Notes: generated by a model from the letters alone, not told the origin. A stretch of 64,000 nucleotides of DNA from Escherichia coli (GCF_041248615.1 NZ_CP158426.1); one strand, 5' to 3'. Positions 13,764 through 22,169 are shown, counted from the stretch's first letter. Numbers and translations are program-made.

Positions 13764-13887
13764 GGTGTTGGTTCAGTTGGTTCAGTTGGTTCAATTTGTA
13801 AAGATCGTTGTTTTTATTGTGTTTTTTCTGAAATGTTGAACCAACATCAACTCATTTTGAACCAACACAGCCCAGCTCTGAACCAAC
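13764..13887. repeat. Iteron cluster A: 3 direct GTTGGTTCA units, AT-rich spacer, 3 inverted TGAACCAAC units
   Basis: Direct units at 13767-13793, inverted units at 13836-13844, 13858-13866, 13879-13887; same architecture as 22056-22169. Confidence 0.85.
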
Positions 13888-13989
13888 AACACAGCGATAG
13901 CTTTGTGATTGGTCCGTTATTTTCTGGCTGATATTTGAGCGTATAACAGTGTTATACAGTGGTATACTGTATGGATATTACTCACTGAT

Positions 13990-14430
13990 ATGGTCTTTGC
14001 AATGAGCAAATCTAATCTGATCGCGTTCCGCATCCCATCTGAATTGCAGGATGAGTTTAATCGGTCTGTTCTCGCTTCTGGAGGGGATAAAACCTCCTGG
14101 CTTGTTGATGCGATTCGCATGAAGCTGGGACAGCCGGAAAAGTCTATTGATTCACGAATGCTTGGGCTGGTGGAGCGCATGGAAAAAGCCGCAGCATCGC
14201 TTATTGCCGGAAAGCCGAACATCCCACCAAAGCCATATAACGAAACGGCAGTTATAAAGATCATTGCCGATACCATCCGACAGGGATTTGATAATGGGCG
14301 TGTGATAGCGGAACGGCTCAATGAAGCAGGCTACCAAACAAAAGCTGGTAAAGCGTGGGATAAAGACATTTACAGCGCGTGGAAGCGTCAGGGTAACAAT
14401 ATTAAAAGAATCAATACGCTGCTTCAGTAA
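13990..14430 (+). CDS. putative DNA-binding protein (ribbon-helix-helix-like N-terminus, recombinase-domain-like C-terminus)
   Basis: 146-aa ORF; N-terminal IAFRIPSELQDEFNRS...SWLVDAIRMKL pattern; C-terminal LNEAGYQTKAGKAWDKDIYSAWKRQ like the DNA-binding segment of serine-recombinase accessory domains; start may be the ATG at 14002. Confidence 0.5.
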   Translation: MVFAMSKSNLIAFRIPSELQDEFNRSVLASGGDKTSWLVDAIRMKLGQPEKSIDSRMLGLVERMEKAAASLIAGKPNIPPKPYNETAVIKIIADTIRQGFDNGRVIAERLNEAGYQTKAGKAWDKDIYSAWKRQGNNIKRINTLLQ

Positions 14431-14459
14431 TTGATCAGTGTATAAATGATATTTATCGC

Positions 14460-15482
14460 TCAATCGCTCCCTTTCCGCCCTTCAGCTACAGGGTCGTTGT
14501 CGGCGATAACAAAACCTAAGTCCTGAGAGAATCTCTCTCGTGGGAATCCTTTAGCAGGTAAACCCATTGAATCATATCCACATCCGGGAACATTTGGTTT
14601 AGAGTCAATAAGGTCTGCAATTTGCCGAAGCCATGTTGATCCCGGACCAAGTCGTTTAACTAAGTACCAGATAATACAGATCGCGCTAAAAATCCTCTCG
14701 CAACTCTCTGGATGGAGATTAAGTCCGTCAAAGTATTCATTATCCGGTACTGGAACTCGGGGATGCTTTCTATTCCATATTCTGGAATGGTGAGCGCAAC
14801 GATTCCTTATGAGATTAAGGCACTTCAACCATTTTGCAAATGTCTGCTTATTATCAATGCCAAAACGACGTATAATTTTCCCCTGCATATGACCATTAAG
14901 CATCGCATAATATTTAGACATCTGACCAAAATCCCAGGTCTCCACCGCCACCCAAAATGGAATCTCCTTGCCTTGGCTTCGATGCCATTCAATACAGTCA
15001 TCTCTGCTTTCGTCTAATTTTACTTTTTGCTTATACACCCAATGCTCGAAGGCAGATGAGAATTTTGGATTAATGTATTTTGATGACATGTAGGCAAGTG
15101 GATCATTGCGACCAACCTCATGCGCGATGACTGAACGAACATGAATCTCTATTCTTTCGATAGCATCAATCATCAAAAGACGCAGTTTTTTGTCAAAAAG
15201 ATATAGATCGTACGTCTTCTCGAAACTGGTACCAGCAAGAAATCGGTCTGTTCTGTACGAAAGACCTTTATCTGTTGTCGCAATAATTCTTGATGGGTAC
15301 CAAAAACCTGACAATCGATAATATCCAACCTGCGACAGCTTACGTATCGCACGATTTCGATCATTGATAATCATGCCACGTTCAAGTAGCAATCCTAGCA
15401 ATTCGTGATAGTCCTTATGAGGCTTTGCGGCAATCATAGTGGCGAAACAAAAGATAATAAAAGGCCCGACCGTGAAACTCAC
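14460..15482 (-). CDS. Abi-like protein (Abi_2 / AbiD-AbiF family) abortive-infection candidate
   Basis: Family-typical motifs read in translation: YYRLSGFWYP near N-terminus and LIRNRCAHHSRIWNRK; AT-rich gene; true start may be the internal Met at about 15437. Confidence 0.7.
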   Translation of the reverse strand: MSFTVGPFIIFCFATMIAAKPHKDYHELLGLLLERGMIINDRNRAIRKLSQVGYYRLSGFWYPSRIIATTDKGLSYRTDRFLAGTSFEKTYDLYLFDKKLRLLMIDAIERIEIHVRSVIAHEVGRNDPLAYMSSKYINPKFSSAFEHWVYKQKVKLDESRDDCIEWHRSQGKEIPFWVAVETWDFGQMSKYYAMLNGHMQGKIIRRFGIDNKQTFAKWLKCLNLIRNRCAHHSRIWNRKHPRVPVPDNEYFDGLNLHPESCERIFSAICIIWYLVKRLGPGSTWLRQIADLIDSKPNVPGCGYDSMGLPAKGFPRERFSQDLGFVIADNDPVAEGRKGSD

Positions 15483-15607
15483 ATGCCTGAAATCGGCGGC
15501 GGAGAAACAGAGGATCGGGCTCGGTTGCCTGTAACTCTATCCGAAGTTATCCACATGTCAATGCACAGTTACTTAGGAAACTAACATAGATACTATCATC
15601 ACTCACG

Positions 15608-15630
15608 AAAAACCACTATATGTGGTTTTT
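15608..15630. terminator. Perfect palindromic hairpin AAAAACCAC-TATAT-GTGGTTTTT (bidirectional terminator-like)
   Basis: Read directly; A-run and T-run flank a 9-bp stem. Confidence 0.55.
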
Positions 15631-15819
15631 ATTCATATTGTTATCCACTACAGGCTGTGTCAATAACTTTTACCTATTAATTGGGTAATTTCTACATTTT
15701 CCTATGCTGGCTAGTTTCTCTACTGAAAAGTTGGCACTCCTTAATCGCTTTTCGGTTAATACTATCGGTCTTCATATTGCCAGCAGCATACGCCATCCGA
15801 TAATTTCTATGCTACGCGC

Positions 15820-16200
15820 GCGTACTTGTCGCAAAATATCAGGCAAAGGCCAGATTCAGAACGTCGTGATAACCACCAGCACAACATGAGATGTCATGTA
15901 ACGCGATTTATCACACCAGATACATGTGATTGGTGTACCCGCATAAAACATCGTCATAGCGCGTCCTGTGCGCATATACGCCGATAATCAACACATCACC
16001 ACCACTCTGTCTTATGTAGAGAACAGTTTTATGGTGCTCCCCGCCATCGTGTGCGTACTGGTCGGACGTAGTTGCAAAATTTTTTGCAACTGATACCCCT
16101 CGCGCGCGTACTGGTCACGAAATTGGTGTTTTGCTGTGGCAGTGATATCAGAAAAATCTTCCTGTTTCACATAAAGCGGATATGCGCGTACTGTAACGGC
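15820..16200. repeat. Non-coding region with about four GCGCGTACTGGTC-type direct repeats and a TTGCAAAA/TTTTGCAA palindrome
   Basis: Copies at about 15827-15841, 16051-16065, 16099-16115, 16183-16200; palindrome at about 16074-16091. Confidence 0.5.
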
Positions 16201-16309
16201 CCCATCAACTGGGAGCGGATTTGAAATCCCGACCCAAGCTATGTACCAAATGCCATGTCTTGGATATATGATGATTGCCATTCTAAACAACGCTAAAGGG
16301 AGGGTTGGT

Positions 16310-16708
16310 GTGAATCAATTGAAGCGATTGGTTGTCTCCGGTTTATTATTTGCTTCTTTTGGAGCGAACGCTGAATGCTGGATTATTGGTGATCTGAAAG
16401 GACAAGAAGCCTCAAGTTCAGATGGGTATAACTATAAGTTATCATCTATACCAGATACCTTTCATTTGGTAATAAGTAAAGAGAAGGCGGATCTTATCTT
16501 GGCAAAAGATGGTATAGGTGGAGGTATTGATTATTACCCGCTATCTCCGAATGCCATGATGGGAAGAAGCTATCGAGATGGTCAACTGACGCTTGTCACA
16601 TGGGCAATCTCAAATGACGGAAAAGTGATCCATACACGAACAATTAGTCGATCTGATATAGGCTCATTTACAGGCTCATTTGTCGGCAATGTTAAAGGCA
16701 AGTGTTAA
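16310..16708 (+). CDS. small secreted/periplasmic protein with N-terminal signal peptide
   Basis: GTG start 7 nt after AAAGGGAGG; signal-like VNQLKRLVVSGLLFASFGANA then ECW; convergent with the 701-aa gene; the track's ATG start at 16241 is the alternative. Confidence 0.6.
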   Translation: MNQLKRLVVSGLLFASFGANAECWIIGDLKGQEASSSDGYNYKLSSIPDTFHLVISKEKADLILAKDGIGGGIDYYPLSPNAMMGRSYRDGQLTLVTWAISNDGKVIHTRTISRSDIGSFTGSFVGNVKGKC

Positions 16709-16770
16709 TGTTCATAACTATTTGAAAAAAATACTAATTACTATTATAACCAACCATCCATGGCCATCTG

Positions 16771-18876
16771 TTATTGAGCTTCCTTTTGCGATGCTTGTGC
16801 TGCTGTGGTCAGTGATTGTGTGACCGTACTGATCGCTCTGTCATATGCTGTGCTACCTTTTGGCGTATTTGCCAGACGTAACAAGGCATTTCGTATAACA
16901 GGGCTTTCGTATGCCTTCGCTGCTCCGCCTACGGCACCAGCAGCAGGAACAACAAACGCAGCCGTTTTTAGCATCCCCGCTAATACTGCTGCGTTTATGA
17001 TGCCACCACCAACTAACAATCCATAAAGCTGCTGACCATTTAAGTTTTGAACGTTCGCTTTTGCCGCGTGTCTTGTATCGTTGAGGTATTTAATAACGCC
17101 GTCCAGTTCCTTTCCATGTACGCCTTTAAAGAAAGTTGCTGATTGCTTCCTGTTCCGGTGTAACGCATTAATAAACTTCTCAACACTGATATTTCCAGAC
17201 GGATCAGTCGCCTTATCTACAGCATTCTGAACTATAGCTGCTCGTGCGTTTTGCCTACCATTGTCATCCAGAAGCCTGTAAAGCTGAGAACGTTCTGATG
17301 GGCTTTGGCTAAAAACGAGTTTTGTTACATCCTCAGGCGTGGCCTTGCCGCTGGCTATTGCCTTTTGAACGCGCGTTCTTCCCATCATGTCATTGAATTT
17401 AGACCATGAGCGATCAACCCTTGCCATATTAATGGCTTCGTCTGCTCCAAGATTTTTGGCTACGGCTTTTTTCATATCCGCCGTATATGCCTTGTAGATA
17501 ATATCGCTGGCTTTCTGGAGCGTATCTTTATCAACAGTGTCAGATGACGCCATAAATCGCTTTCGAAGATCGGTTCTGTTTTCCCTCGCCAGACGCAGGT
17601 CATTTGGTCCGCTGGTGATATCGTCTTTAAATTGCTGCAAGACTTTTACCGCGGCTCTATCCTGAGATTTGCCCGGGCGGCTTAACACGGCAATCTGATT
17701 GTCGATAGCTTTTACCGTGTTTGAGAGATCGACAGGGGTATCCCCCATAGCGTCAATTATGCGGTTATATCGCTTTCCTGCTGCCTCAATGAATTTTTGT
17801 TGCCCTTTAGTCGCAGATTCATAAAGCTGTTTATCAGAAATGCCACCCAGACCATCGCTAAATGTTCTGACTAAATTTTCTCGTGCTTGTTGTTGATTCA
17901 GCCGATTCTTACCGGTTCCAAAAAAAGGAACTCTTTCGCCTAATGTCTGAGCCTGACTCTGCATAAAGGTTTTATCTTTCAACATGTCACTGGTCATTAA
18001 CGGCAGATTTCTTTCCGATGCAAAGTCGACAGCAGCCTTTGCTTCAGGCGACATATCACCACGAACAGCCCTCGAAACCGCACTCGCTGTATTTTCCAGC
18101 CCCTTACCAATACCACCAATGCCAGCAGAAATTACCGTTTGTAACGGATCAATATCTTCTCCACCAGCAAGGCTGGTGGCTCCCTGTAGTGCTAAATCTG
18201 TAGCTGCTGATTTCCCTATGGCCCCCAGCACCGTTCCGGCCCTGCCCGCTGGTGTAAACGCCAGCGCATTAGCCAGAAACGATGCCACGTCTTGCGGCGA
18301 TAAACCCGGCTTGTTCAGAGCATAATCACCGGATGGCAGGGAAACGATAGTGTTACCCTTCTCATCCTGCCTTAATTTCGCTCCCATGCTCTGAAGAATC
18401 TTTTCCTGAGATGCGTCAGAGCCGAAAAGTTGAGACCATCGAGCTTTTAGAGCATCCATGCTGAGTGAGGTTAACTCTGGGGCAAGGTCGACATTTTGCA
18501 GTCTCTCCATCTCTGGAGTCATTCGGCTTTCGCCTGTTATAGCATCGCGCATCGCAGCCCCAAGACTGGCTCCCTGTTCTGCTGAACGCTCAAGCCCCTC
18601 TCTTTGCTGAGTAGCTAACTTTGCATACCCTGACGCAAGAGAATTATCAGATGATGTATGTTGAATATTTTGAGTTGCTGATTGGTATCGGTCTATTTCA
18701 TTCGTTGATGGTAGTGGATAGGCAGCATAAAAAGCCTGCTTAGCCTGCTCTACACTTTCTCCGGCTTGCGGGGCAACGACTTCATTAAAGTATTGCTCCT
18801 GAGCCTGCGCTTTTTGTTCTGGTGCTAACGCCTGATACTGTGGAGAGGCGATAACATCTTTCCATGCTTTAGCCAT
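16771..18876 (-). CDS. hypothetical 701-aa protein, last gene of coupled operon; size and position resemble P22-like ejection protein gp16 (unverified)
   Basis: Q/A/K-rich, no enzymatic motif recognised; glycine-zipper hydrophobic segment near C-terminus (LLVGGGIINAAVLAGML...AAGAVGGAA); start overlaps upstream stop (TAATG). Confidence 0.7.
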   Translation of the reverse strand: MAKAWKDVIASPQYQALAPEQKAQAQEQYFNEVVAPQAGESVEQAKQAFYAAYPLPSTNEIDRYQSATQNIQHTSSDNSLASGYAKLATQQREGLERSAEQGASLGAAMRDAITGESRMTPEMERLQNVDLAPELTSLSMDALKARWSQLFGSDASQEKILQSMGAKLRQDEKGNTIVSLPSGDYALNKPGLSPQDVASFLANALAFTPAGRAGTVLGAIGKSAATDLALQGATSLAGGEDIDPLQTVISAGIGGIGKGLENTASAVSRAVRGDMSPEAKAAVDFASERNLPLMTSDMLKDKTFMQSQAQTLGERVPFFGTGKNRLNQQQARENLVRTFSDGLGGISDKQLYESATKGQQKFIEAAGKRYNRIIDAMGDTPVDLSNTVKAIDNQIAVLSRPGKSQDRAAVKVLQQFKDDITSGPNDLRLARENRTDLRKRFMASSDTVDKDTLQKASDIIYKAYTADMKKAVAKNLGADEAINMARVDRSWSKFNDMMGRTRVQKAIASGKATPEDVTKLVFSQSPSERSQLYRLLDDNGRQNARAAIVQNAVDKATDPSGNISVEKFINALHRNRKQSATFFKGVHGKELDGVIKYLNDTRHAAKANVQNLNGQQLYGLLVGGGIINAAVLAGMLKTAAFVVPAAGAVGGAAKAYESPVIRNALLRLANTPKGSTAYDRAISTVTQSLTTAAQASQKEAQ

Positions 18877-20297
18877 TAATCACCCCATAGTGAAGAAAAG
18901 TTACTGCTGGCTGCTGGCTGTGATACCTGCTCAGATTGCGGCAATGTCTGCGACGAAGAAGCAGTTCCTCTGTCAACTGCTGAAATAACCCGCAAAGCAT
19001 CATAAGTTCGACCAGAAGCAGCTTTCAGCGAATTGAACTGGTTTTCCATCTTCCGGCGCTTGGTATCAATGGTTTTTGTGGAGTCGCCAGGCTGAGGGAA
19101 ATACATTTGATAATATTTTGACATTTCAGCAGGTGCGATAGCTGCCCCTGTTTCCTGACGGAGTATTGCCATTATTGCGTCATTAGCATTAACAACGTAT
19201 TGCTGCTCTGCTGGGCTGAGCGTTAAGTTAGCCAGCGTCCCATTACCCAAAGCATTATTAATGATCGCCACTCGCTGTGGGCTAAGCTGGTCTTTCAGTG
19301 TATCTATTGAATCAAGAGCATCCCTAACCCTGTATGCAAATCCAGCAGCTTTTTTAGCCCCATCTGGCGACTTTTCCATGATCTTTTGGGCTGTTGGCAA
19401 AGCTATTGGACGAAACCCATCTCCAGATATTGGCTGGTTTAGTTTTCCCTGCTCTTCACTTCCGTCTGTGTAGTATTTTGTGACAGTGCCATCATCGTTT
19501 TCTCTAACACTCATTAATTTTTTGGCGTTTGTATTAATTCCAGCCGCTGCCGCAAATGCCGCCGCCCCCTCTGGATCCGCCTTTAACATTTGAGCGTACT
19601 GATTGTAATTCTGCATTGCTGCTGTTGGTGCATATGCTGACGTTAACGCATTTGCTCGGTTAATATCCTGCCCTCTCGCCTGAAGTGCTTCGCTGGCCTG
19701 ATTGCTGCGGATTGTCTCTGCCAACTTGCCACGTTCAATATCCCGACCTTCCATTTGATCTTTGATATCGAAATACTTCTCATGACCGAGAGAAAACAGT
19801 GCCATACTACCAGCAAGCCGCTGGAATCCCTGTGGATCATTAACATGCATTTCGGCAACAGACTCAGGAGAAATTCCCAGGCGACGCATTTCATCTTCGT
19901 TATCTGCTATGAATTTTCCAAATGCCCCAGTTCCGAGCGAAGATGCGATTTGAGCACTAGTCGCAAGATGACCAATAGAATTTCTCTGGTCGTCATCAAT
20001 AAAGCCCATCCCTTTCTGAACGCTTTCAAATTCTTCTGGATACTCAGAAATAAGACTGCGCATTTTGTTTCTGTCTCCAGACTCAAAAGCCCCGGCATAT
20101 GCTTTCTGAAACTCTGCTTTACGCTGTTGTTGACGTGCCTGCTGATTAATCTCAGCAACGCCTCTTAGCCCCTGTAGCGCCATTAAACCTACGTTTGGCT
20201 GCTGCTGATACTGCACAGGCTGAGGAACGGAAGAACGAGGAGCATTATCATTTTGCGGTGCCATGCTAGGCAGCCCGCCAAGTTGCCATGTCGCCAT
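18876..20297 (-). CDS. hypothetical 473-aa protein; size and position resemble P22-like DNA-transfer protein gp20 (unverified)
   Basis: Q-rich N-terminus (QYQQQPNV...QQARQQQRK); translationally coupled on both sides. Confidence 0.7.
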   Translation of the reverse strand: MATWQLGGLPSMAPQNDNAPRSSVPQPVQYQQQPNVGLMALQGLRGVAEINQQARQQQRKAEFQKAYAGAFESGDRNKMRSLISEYPEEFESVQKGMGFIDDDQRNSIGHLATSAQIASSLGTGAFGKFIADNEDEMRRLGISPESVAEMHVNDPQGFQRLAGSMALFSLGHEKYFDIKDQMEGRDIERGKLAETIRSNQASEALQARGQDINRANALTSAYAPTAAMQNYNQYAQMLKADPEGAAAFAAAAGINTNAKKLMSVRENDDGTVTKYYTDGSEEQGKLNQPISGDGFRPIALPTAQKIMEKSPDGAKKAAGFAYRVRDALDSIDTLKDQLSPQRVAIINNALGNGTLANLTLSPAEQQYVVNANDAIMAILRQETGAAIAPAEMSKYYQMYFPQPGDSTKTIDTKRRKMENQFNSLKAASGRTYDALRVISAVDRGTASSSQTLPQSEQVSQPAASSNFSSLWGD

Positions 20298-20974
20298 TAG
20301 AATCCAAGCCCCCCAACAAGACCAATAAGCCCACCACCAATAGCGCCGGCCGCAGTTCCTATTCCAGGAACAACGGAACCAAGTTGCGCACCCGCTAAAG
20401 CGCCTGATGCTGCCCCACCAATACCACGCGCAAGACTGGATGGCTGCTGCGCCTGACCTGCACGAATAGCGCCAAGCCCCTGCAAGAGTTGTCCGGTATT
20501 ATTGGCGTAGTTTTGCCCTGCCGTTGCCTGCCCTGATGCCGCATTCATCCCGACATTTAGCAGGTTTCCATAATTTTGCATTTGCCCACTAAGCCAATTG
20601 TTATAAAGCATGGGCGCAATGGAAGATAACTGGTTACTGGTAGCTGTTGAGCCAAGCCCCCCGGTAGCTTCTGCTGAGACAAGGTTCTGATAACGGGCCT
20701 GATCTGCCTGTGTTTTATATAAACCAGAACCAAAGAAATCATTCGCGGCTTTATTCTGCCCTTCCAGAGTCATCAGTCCTTGTAGTTGTTGTAAAGCAGG
20801 CAATCCGACTTCTGCATACGGCTTGAGATTATTCATCACCGTATTCCACTGCTCGCGCTGCAAATCAATTGCCTGCTGCTGGGCCTTCGCCTGAGCTTTA
20901 GAGGCACCACCATCACCGCCTTTTTCGTATACGGCACGATTGAGATGTTTATGAGCTATATGGGTAATTAACAT
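20297..20974 (-). CDS. hypothetical 225-aa Q/N/G-rich protein with glycine-zipper C-terminal hydrophobic tail; size resembles P22-like gp7 (unverified)
   Basis: C-terminus GIGGAASGALAGAQLGSVVPGIGTAAGAIGGGLIGLVGGLGF; coupled to neighbours. Confidence 0.7.
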   Translation of the reverse strand: MLITHIAHKHLNRAVYEKGGDGGASKAQAKAQQQAIDLQREQWNTVMNNLKPYAEVGLPALQQLQGLMTLEGQNKAANDFFGSGLYKTQADQARYQNLVSAEATGGLGSTATSNQLSSIAPMLYNNWLSGQMQNYGNLLNVGMNAASGQATAGQNYANNTGQLLQGLGAIRAGQAQQPSSLARGIGGAASGALAGAQLGSVVPGIGTAAGAIGGGLIGLVGGLGF

Positions 20975-21429
20975 TCGCTGAATTCCTTATATTGTTGCCG
21001 AGTTAACTGATAAAGCGTTACGCCGACGGGTTTACCACATCTGATATAAGCATCATCAAGGTGACCAACACGGGTAGCGCCAAGCAAACGGATAATTGCC
21101 CGTCCGTATTTCGTGGTGTCAGGAACCATAGTGATGCTGTTAAGGAATGGTGAGTTTTCGAGAAGCCATTTGCAGAATAATCGATGCCCTTGCAGTGCAT
21201 ATTCACCACGGAATCCGGGGTCGTACACCGCATGGCATTCAACAATGCTATGCCAGAAGTTACGCACTTCATGAACGCCAGCCAGCACCAATCCTTCGTA
21301 GATGCCGAGATATACCGCATCAGGCTTGATGTAGTACGTGTGCCCCGGCTCAACAATATTTTCGGTATTGCCAGGATCGTTAAGAAAGGCCTGTAATCGC
21401 ACAGGGTTATCAATAAATTTTAGTTCCAT
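20968..21429 (-). CDS. hypothetical 153-aa protein (position analogous to P22 gp14; unverified)
   Basis: ORF overlaps downstream gene by 7 nt; no motif recognised. Confidence 0.65.
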   Translation of the reverse strand: MELKFIDNPVRLQAFLNDPGNTENIVEPGHTYYIKPDAVYLGIYEGLVLAGVHEVRNFWHSIVECHAVYDPGFRGEYALQGHRLFCKWLLENSPFLNSITMVPDTTKYGRAIIRLLGATRVGHLDDAYIRCGKPVGVTLYQLTRQQYKEFSEC

Positions 21430-21445
21430 GCGATGCCATCCATTT

Positions 21446-21607
21446 TCACATACAGCCTGCCAGCGCCTTATCTATTAACCCTCGAGCAATTTCATGCAGA
21501 GTTGGCGCTACTCCAATTCCTGATTTTTTACGCTGCTCTTCCTGAATTTTCTTTATCGCTTCCATTTGCTTCTCACTTATCAATACCGGCTTTACTGAAA
21601 TAGCCAT
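21446..21607 (-). CDS. small 53-aa protein, first gene of the operon (possible small regulator)
   Basis: ATG at 21605-21607 preceded by AAGGGGG; translation MAISVKPVLISEKQMEAIKKIQEEQRKKSGIGVAPTLHEIARGLIDKALAGCM; below ORF-track size cutoff. Confidence 0.5.
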   Translation of the reverse strand: MAISVKPVLISEKQMEAIKKIQEEQRKKSGIGVAPTLHEIARGLIDKALAGCM

Positions 21608-21622
21608 AACGCCCCCTTAGAA

Positions 21623-21638
21623 CTGTATAAAACAACAG
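21623..21638. promoter_or_regulatory. Consensus LexA box (CTGT-N8-ACAG) in promoter/leader of the five-gene operon
   Basis: AACTGTATAAAACAACAGTT read directly; lies between a reverse-strand TATAAT (21641-21646) and the 53-aa gene start. Confidence 0.65.
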
Positions 21639-21702
21639 TTATTATAGTTTCACAAATCGCAATATTCATCATCGTAATTGCAAAATATGAAACAGATAGC
21701 AC

Positions 21703-21735
21703 AAAAAAATGCCACCGCTCAGTAGCTGGTGGCAT
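21703..21735 (-). terminator. Rho-independent terminator separating primase/ori module from the five-gene operon
   Basis: Stem ATGCCACC / GGTGGCAT with loop, followed on the reverse strand by a 7-T run. Confidence 0.65.
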
Positions 21736-22055
21736 CGTTCTGTGTGTCAGGTTTTGACAGGTTTTTTATGGACTCTAAAAACTATATTTATGGTGTCGCA
21801 TTACCCTTCACGGCAGGCGCTTTTCAGTTCTGCCCTTGCTTCTGGCTCCATTGGTAATTTGATTCGCGATCAGCTATGCGGATGGTTTGCTGAACAGGCA
21901 TAACAACTTCTCAGTGGCTGTTTTCTGAACTACGAAAATTTCGTAGTGCTCACTTTCAAAAACGTCACGCCCTTGTACACAGGATTTTACGAAAGTCTCG
22001 TAAAACACTCTCTGATGCCAGCCAGGTGTTGTGCGCATCAATTCAGTCACATTGT

Positions 22056-22169
22056 GTTGGTTCAAAATACCGTGTTGTTGGTTCAGTGTTGGTTCAATAA
22101 AAAGAATAAAATCCTTATAAAACAATACTCTTTACAAATTGAACCAACTGAACCAACTGAACCAACACC
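22056..22169. repeat. Iteron cluster B (putative replication origin): 3 direct GTTGGTTCA, AT-rich spacer, 3 inverted TGAACCAAC
   Basis: Direct units at 22056-22064, 22077-22085, 22088-22096; inverted triple at 22139-22166; immediately 3' of the primase gene. Confidence 0.8.

Noticed and set aside
13764..13887. Possible CRISPR array suggested by short tandem repeats (also at 22056-22169)
   Set aside because: Units are only 9 bp, directly abutting or irregularly spaced, arranged as direct-plus-inverted sets with no uniform spacers and no cas genes; they fit iterons.
16012..16290. 92-aa reverse-strand ORF
   Set aside because: Overlaps the GCGCGTACTGGTC repeat cluster and the start of the secreted-protein gene; no SD; likely non-coding.
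16771..20974. Colicin or bacteriocin operon (because of LexA box and glycine-rich proteins)
   Set aside because: No immunity or lysis gene pattern, no recognisable nuclease or pore-forming colicin domain organisation, and five coupled genes rather than activity-immunity-lysis; not supported.
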